A DNA stretch of 64,000 nucleotides from Nitrosopumilus sp. (lineage in GTDB: Archaea > Thermoproteota > Nitrososphaeria > Nitrososphaerales > Nitrosopumilaceae), in the NCBI GenBank assembly GCA_965238275.1, contig OZ250186.1, forward strand, positions 160,001 through 224,000, read 5' to 3'. Each line of letters opens with the position of its first letter. The first letter of the stretch is position 1. The notes below the pieces were generated by a model. It was given only the letters and a program-made list of their open reading frames with translations. It was not told where the DNA came from and ran no database searches. A program made the position numbers and the translations under genes. This document shows, in pieces, positions 58,912-64,000 of the stretch.

Positions 58912-59433
58912 ATGGAATATAACCCGGGCATGTGCCATACCGTTACGGTGCAAGTCGTCACATCCATACTAGGAAACATACTTGAAGACGAATCGTACAG
59001 GTCAGTTGATACCGAAGGGTTTGAGCGCCTCATGGTCTCAAGGCACGAGATGGGAAGGGGCAGGCTCCGAAGGAACACTGACAGGGGAACCGACGTGGGG
59101 CTCTCCCTTGAGGCCGGCCGTTCCCTGCACCACGGGGACATCCTTGAGGCCGGCGGCAAATCCATATTGATCCAGCAGATGCCCGAGAAGGTAATCTCCA
59201 TAACTGCCAGAAACGTGCAGGCAGGTACCGCCGTGCTCATAGGACACAGGATAGGAAACATGCACAGGCCGGTGGCCGTATCAGGGGACACGATATCGTT
59301 TCCCATCCAGGCAGATTCCGAACTCGAGACCTTTCAGAGAATCTTTGCAGACATGGCAGACCACATCACAATGTCGCAGGAGGAGGTTGTGTTTATCCCG
59401 CATGCAGGAGCCGACGTCCATGGACACGAATAG
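58912..59433 (+). CDS. ureE: Urease accessory protein UreE (start uncertain)
   Basis: [15 protein letters not shown], His-rich C-terminus. Confidence 0.88.
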   Translation: MEYNPGMCHTVTVQVVTSILGNILEDESYRSVDTEGFERLMVSRHEMGRGRLRRNTDRGTDVGLSLEAGRSLHHGDILEAGGKSILIQQMPEKVISITARNVQAGTAVLIGHRIGNMHRPVAVSGDTISFPIQADSELETFQRIFADMADHITMSQEEVVFIPHAGADVHGHE

Positions 59434-60118
59434 CCACGCAGCAGAGCTGGACATGATGCAGATCACAGACTCCATGTTCCCGACTGGCCTCTTTGCAGCC
59501 TCAAACGGGCTGGAGAGCCTGTTTCTGGACGGGACAGTGACCACCGCAGAAGAGCTTGCAGAGTTCAACAGGACATGCATAAGGCAGCAGGTGGGCCCGT
59601 GCGAGTGCGTAATACTTGCAAACGCGTGCGAGGCTGCCGGGGCGTCTGACCGGAACAGGATAAGGGAGCTGGATGAGATATCCGGGTCTGTCAGGATGAT
59701 AAGGGAGACCAGGGAGGCCTCTGCCAGGTCCGGCAACCAGCTTGCAAGGTGCGTCGGCGGTTTTGCAGACGGGGAGGTCCTGGCCTGGTGGAACGCGGAG
59801 ATCAAGGAAGGAAGGATTGCCGGGACGTATCCGGTCTCCTTCGGGGTGTGCTGTGATGCCCTGGGAATCGGAGGGGAGAGGGCAGTACTTATGCTGCTGT
59901 ACGGCTTTGTGGCAGGAAATGTAGGCGCCTCGCTGCGCCTGGGAATGATCCAGCATCTCGAGGGTCAGGAGGTCATCCACTCCCTCAAGCCGCTAATCAC
60001 AGAGACTGCAAGAAGATATGCAGGTGCGCCGGTCTCAGAGGTGTGGCAGTTTGCGCCACAAACTGAGATCAACCAGATGCGGCACGAGAAGACAGACGCT
60101 AAAATGTTTATTACATAA
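59420..60118 (+). CDS. ureF: Urease accessory protein UreF
   Basis: DSMFPTGLFAASNGLE, RLG, RHE...MFIT. Confidence 0.9.
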   Translation: MDTNSHAAELDMMQITDSMFPTGLFAASNGLESLFLDGTVTTAEELAEFNRTCIRQQVGPCECVILANACEAAGASDRNRIRELDEISGSVRMIRETREASARSGNQLARCVGGFADGEVLAWWNAEIKEGRIAGTYPVSFGVCCDALGIGGERAVLMLLYGFVAGNVGASLRLGMIQHLEGQEVIHSLKPLITETARRYAGAPVSEVWQFAPQTEINQMRHEKTDAKMFIT

Positions 60119-60135
60119 TGTCTGGATCTACTTGA

Positions 60136-60780
60136 ATGGGTAGGGTTCCCCGAATTGGAATAGGCGGTCCGGTAGGATCAGGCAAGAGCATGTTAATAGA
60201 GATGGTTGTGCCGGTGCTTGCACGGCACGGATACAGGGTAGGCATAATCTCCAATGATGTCATATCCAAGGAGGATGCAGACAGGATCAGGGCAAACCTG
60301 GCAACAAGACAGGAGCTGCTGCCAGAGGAGCTTGTCATAGGACTTGCCACGGGAGGCTGCCCACACACCGCCATAAGGGAGGATCCCTCGATGAACATCT
60401 CGGTGATAGAGGAGATGGAGGAGAGTCACCCCGAGCTTGACATTATCATTATAGAGAGCGGGGGGGACAACATAACGACCACGTTCAGTCCCATCCTTGC
60501 AGACTATTTCATGTACATCATAGATGTTGCAGGCGGCGACAAGTATCCAAGAAAGGGCGGCCTTGGCATCACCAGCTGCGATCTTTTGGTAATCAACAAG
60601 ACGGATCTGGCCGGCATGGTAGGCGCCAGCCTGGATGTCATGATGGAGGATGCCAGGCGCATCAGGGGGGAGAAGCCGTCCCTGCTTGTCAACTGCAAGA
60701 CCGGCGACGGAATCGGCAGCGTGGCCGGGCACATCATACACGACGTGCTCTTTGATGCAGGACCAAGGATTCCATCATGA
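60136..60780 (+). CDS. ureG: Urease accessory GTPase UreG
   Basis: GGPVGSGK, GGCPHTAIRED, ESGGDN, NKTD. Confidence 0.95.
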   Translation: MGRVPRIGIGGPVGSGKSMLIEMVVPVLARHGYRVGIISNDVISKEDADRIRANLATRQELLPEELVIGLATGGCPHTAIREDPSMNISVIEEMEESHPELDIIIIESGGDNITTTFSPILADYFMYIIDVAGGDKYPRKGGLGITSCDLLVINKTDLAGMVGASLDVMMEDARRIRGEKPSLLVNCKTGDGIGSVAGHIIHDVLFDAGPRIPS

Positions 60781-61703
60781 GGGGGCAGGACTTTTACACG
60801 CCACTGGTACTTCCGGCCAGCATCAGGCAGTTTGACTCGGAGGCAGGGCATCTCGGGACGGGAGGCCCCGGAAGGAACGGATACCTCAGGGTGATACTCG
60901 AAGACGACACAGGGGGCAGGACCGTCATCAGGGAACAGTTCTCAGAGGCCCCCATGTACCTGCAGAGGGCGCTGTACCACGACCTGCACTGTCCCGGCAT
61001 GGCATACCTGTACGTCATGTCCACGTCAGGCGGCATCCTGCAGGGGGACAGGCACAGGATGGACATCACGCTGAGGAAAGATGCCATGGCGCACATCACA
61101 ACGCAGGGGGCCACCAGAATATACGGAATGAATGCCAACTGGGCAGCACAGACGATCAACGTGAGGCTGGAGAGCGGTGCCTATCTGGAGTTTGTCCCGG
61201 ATCAGATAATCCCGTACAGGAACTCCAGGTTCCACCAGGGGGTGGACCTGAACGTGCACGACTCTGCGGTACTGGTCTGCTCAGAGATGCTTGCCCCAGG
61301 CAGGGTCGCGATGGGGGAGTCTTTCGGGTATGACGTGTGCCATCTAAGGACTGCTGCACAGAACCAGTCGGGGATCCGGAGGTTTCTGGATGTCTCAAAC
61401 ATTGAGCCGGCAGTGCAGGGACTGGAATCATCCGGGGTGATGGGGAAATATGACATGGTCGGCTCAGTCTACATACTGGCCCCAGGACGTGACGTGAAGG
61501 AGCTGGAGGGCATCATTCATTCCAGGATATCGCAGGATGCAGAAAATGAAGGCGGGGTCAGCAGGATGAGGGACGATGCAGGGCTGCTGGTCAGGATACT
61601 TGGGAGTAGGGCATCAGGGGTAAGAGATCTGGTTCTGGGGATTACAGCAGACGTCAGAAGGACGTGCAGGGGAGCCCCGTTTCCGGATCTGAGAAAGAAC
61701 TGA
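60777..61703 (+). CDS. ureD: Urease accessory protein UreD
   Basis: SGGILQGD, TTQGATRIY, P.QIIPY, PGRVAMGE. Confidence 0.9.
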   Translation: MRGQDFYTPLVLPASIRQFDSEAGHLGTGGPGRNGYLRVILEDDTGGRTVIREQFSEAPMYLQRALYHDLHCPGMAYLYVMSTSGGILQGDRHRMDITLRKDAMAHITTQGATRIYGMNANWAAQTINVRLESGAYLEFVPDQIIPYRNSRFHQGVDLNVHDSAVLVCSEMLAPGRVAMGESFGYDVCHLRTAAQNQSGIRRFLDVSNIEPAVQGLESSGVMGKYDMVGSVYILAPGRDVKELEGIIHSRISQDAENEGGVSRMRDDAGLLVRILGSRASGVRDLVLGITADVRRTCRGAPFPDLRKN

Positions 61704-61749
61704 GCCACGCTGCTGCTGCTGCTGCGGCCAGGACGCCTGCATGCTGGTT

Positions 61750-64000
61750 CTAGTTGAGCAGCATGACCGGTTTTGAGGTGAGCTTGAGGACCTTTGTCGT
61801 GACATGGCCGTAGTCTTTGCCCGTGTTTCCCAGCCCCTTTCTTCCCATGGCAATCAGGTCCACCCCGAGCTTGTCGGCAAGCTCGACAATCCTTGTGGGG
61901 GGATCACCAAGCTTGACCATCCGGGAATAGTCGTTGATCTGTTTGGGCACCACGATGCTCCTGAGTACCACGCGGCCCTCGTCCTGCATCTGCGTGCTGA
62001 GATCATCGTCGATGCTTCCGCCATCGTCGGACCACTCTATGACGTGAAGCAGGTATATCTTGACGGAGGCGGCACCCCGGAACAGGTAGTTTGCGTTGTT
62101 CAGTGCGTTGAGGGATCTTGAGGAGCCGTCGACGGGCACCAGGATCTTCATCACCGGTTCCGTGTTAGGCGAATCCTGCTCCGGCTCCCGGTGTATGTCA
62201 GAGTCGGCAGCCTTTGTGATGATTATCCTGATGCTCTGCCTGGCCTCGACAAACGGCAGTATCACGACTGCAGCTGCTGCTGCAAACGCCCAAACCACCA
62301 CAAGTACTATCCATCCGGTAAACGACTCGACGGTAAAGACGTACTCGGTAAGATAAAACGACATCGGCCACACTATCACAAGGAATATCGTCACTCCAAA
62401 GCCGACCCGCTTGCAGAACTTGGATGCCCTTGCCAGCATCTGCTCGTCTGTGTCGTACTTTAGCATCGAGCGCACCTTGTCATCAACGAGCAGGATCTTC
62501 TGTTTGAGGATGCGAAAGTCAAACGACTCCGGAATGGCCAGACTGCCGATGACGGTAATTGCAAGGCTGGTGACTATGGCAGTTATGTTTCCTACAAGCA
62601 GCGGAGTCAGGCTCCCGGTAGAGGCAATTGTAATCTCGCCGGAGGCAAGGCTTGCAGACGTAATCCATGCCACAACCCCGCAGACCAGGCCCACTACTGC
62701 TGCCGATGTTGCAGCATACCTGTTTGTCTTGTGCCACAGGATGGAAAACGAGATTGGTGCCACGGCAGAGCCGATCAGAATACCCATCAGCAGGTAGACG
62801 TACTGCAGGCTGACCCCGAACTGGAAGAGCGTGGATGCCAGTATTCCCATGCCTATCCCAAACACCAGTATCGTGAGCCTGGAGACCCGGATAAGCTGCC
62901 GGCCGGTGGCAGACGGGCTCAGGTACGTCCTGAAGACATCGTAGGTTATCAGCGACGAGACGCTGACCAGCTGGGAGGAGCCTGCTGCCGTGACTGCCGT
63001 GAATACTATGGTAAGGATAAGGATCGCCCCCATGTCGCCCATCAGTTCTGATGCTGCAGTGGGCGCGACCAGCCCCAGCCCTATCTGATCCTGGGTCAGG
63101 GTTACGTCCGTCGCGATTGCGGCAAGCCCGAGGGTGGTGGCCAGGGTAAAGGGTATTGCAAACCACGCAAGGCCGCCGATTATGAATCCCCCCGTGGCAG
63201 CCTTTGGCCTTGCCGCAATGGCCCTCTGCCAGTAGGACTGGTCTACAAAGACGGTTCCAAAGTTTCCCACTATGTTGATTACGCCAAATATCAGCGCCCC
63301 GATCGAGGCCATGGTAAGAAAGCTTCCCATGGCGTTGCCCTCCACCGGCCTGAGTGCGGAGGCCTCAGTCAGCTTGTCGTACATTCCGGAGATGCCTCCA
63401 ATCTCCGGGCTGACAAAGTAGATTACAGTTACAAAGATCAGCACCACCACGAAGATCAGCGTCACGTTGATGTATTCGGCAAAGAACGTCGCCTTGAGGC
63501 CGCCAAATATGGTATAGAATATGATGCCTAGCGGCAGCAGGAATGCAGCCAGCGTAATGTCCACGCCCGTAAGCGAGTTGACCACTGCGGCGCCTCCAAG
63601 AACCAGCATTGCAGTGACTATGGTGTTTGTCATCAGTCCGAAGAACAGAAACACCTTGTGGGAGTGCCTTCCATACCGTACGTAAAGCATCTCAGGGAAG
63701 GTATGCGTCATGGGCGCCTTGCGCTTGAGCTCTATTGCAAGGATTGAGAACAATATCACCTGGATCGAGGCGCCTGCAGCATACCAGAACGAGCCGGCCA
63801 TGCCAAACTCATAGGTTACAGTGGAGGACTGGAGCAGGGTTGCAGCCCATGTCCATGCAGACACTATCGAGGAGGCGATAAGCCCGGTCTTTATGGTTCT
63901 GCCTGCAGTGTAGAACCACTCGGAGGTCTTTCTGGTTCCGAGCCACTTGGTCTCGGCCTTTACCATCAGGGCCACGGCCATGGCCATAATCAGTCCGACC
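61750..64000 (-). CDS. DUR3-type urea symporter with C-terminal universal stress protein domain (5' end outside window)
   Basis: SAWTWAATLLQS, DQSYWQRAIAA; KILVPVDGS..GDP..MGRKG..GHVT USP motifs. Confidence 0.88.
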   Translation of the reverse strand, partial: VGLIMAMAVALMVKAETKWLGTRKTSEWFYTAGRTIKTGLIASSIVSAWTWAATLLQSSTVTYEFGMAGSFWYAAGASIQVILFSILAIELKRKAPMTHTFPEMLYVRYGRHSHKVFLFFGLMTNTIVTAMLVLGGAAVVNSLTGVDITLAAFLLPLGIIFYTIFGGLKATFFAEYINVTLIFVVVLIFVTVIYFVSPEIGGISGMYDKLTEASALRPVEGNAMGSFLTMASIGALIFGVINIVGNFGTVFVDQSYWQRAIAARPKAATGGFIIGGLAWFAIPFTLATTLGLAAIATDVTLTQDQIGLGLVAPTAASELMGDMGAILILTIVFTAVTAAGSSQLVSVSSLITYDVFRTYLSPSATGRQLIRVSRLTILVFGIGMGILASTLFQFGVSLQYVYLLMGILIGSAVAPISFSILWHKTNRYAATSAAVVGLVCGVVAWITSASLASGEITIASTGSLTPLLVGNITAIVTSLAITVIGSLAIPESFDFRILKQKILLVDDKVRSMLKYDTDEQMLARASKFCKRVGFGVTIFLVIVWPMSFYLTEYVFTVESFTGWIVLVVVWAFAAAAAVVILPFVEARQSIRIIITKAADSDIHREPEQDSPNTEPVMKILVPVDGSSRSLNALNNANYLFRGAASVKIYLLHVIEWSDDGGSIDDDLSTQMQDEGRVVLRSIVVPKQINDYSRMVKLGDPPTRIVELADKLGVDLIAMGRKGLGNTGKDYGHVTTKVLKLTSKPVMLLN

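Overview
Archaeal chromosome segment from an ammonia-oxidising Nitrosopumilaceae (Nitrososphaerota/Thaumarchaeota). A host-associated (e.g. sponge-symbiont) lineage is inferred from the IS load, TPR proteins and pseudogenes. Core genes: tRNA-Leu, rpoN-eno-rps2-mvk-ipk-idi-GGPP synthase-gltX, pentose-phosphate genes, corA, pepA, a stand-alone 5S rRNA, ABCE1, dps/fur, trm5-like, ard1, a complete urease cluster, and three DUR3-type urea transporters, two of them in a near-identical 2.65-kb duplication. The accessory DNA is dense in mobile elements whose ends and target duplications could be read directly. (i) An IS200/IS605 tnpB element is split from its omegaRNA by nested IS5-type and IS630 insertions. 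(ii) There are two IS630 and two IS66-family elements. (iii) Most notably, a tnpB-only element (36568-38108) is bounded by IS630-like terminal inverted repeats and a TA target duplication in the last codons of ABCE1. Its 3'/omegaRNA region has gained a repeat-spacer-repeat unit whose 27-nt spacer matches an IS66 transposase in the same window. Also present are an orphan long-NurA/HerA pair, an RNase HIII-like gene, CRISPR-like palindromic repeats upstream of the urea transporters, and several short duplication-plus-insert events. All alignments were done by eye; no database searches were run.
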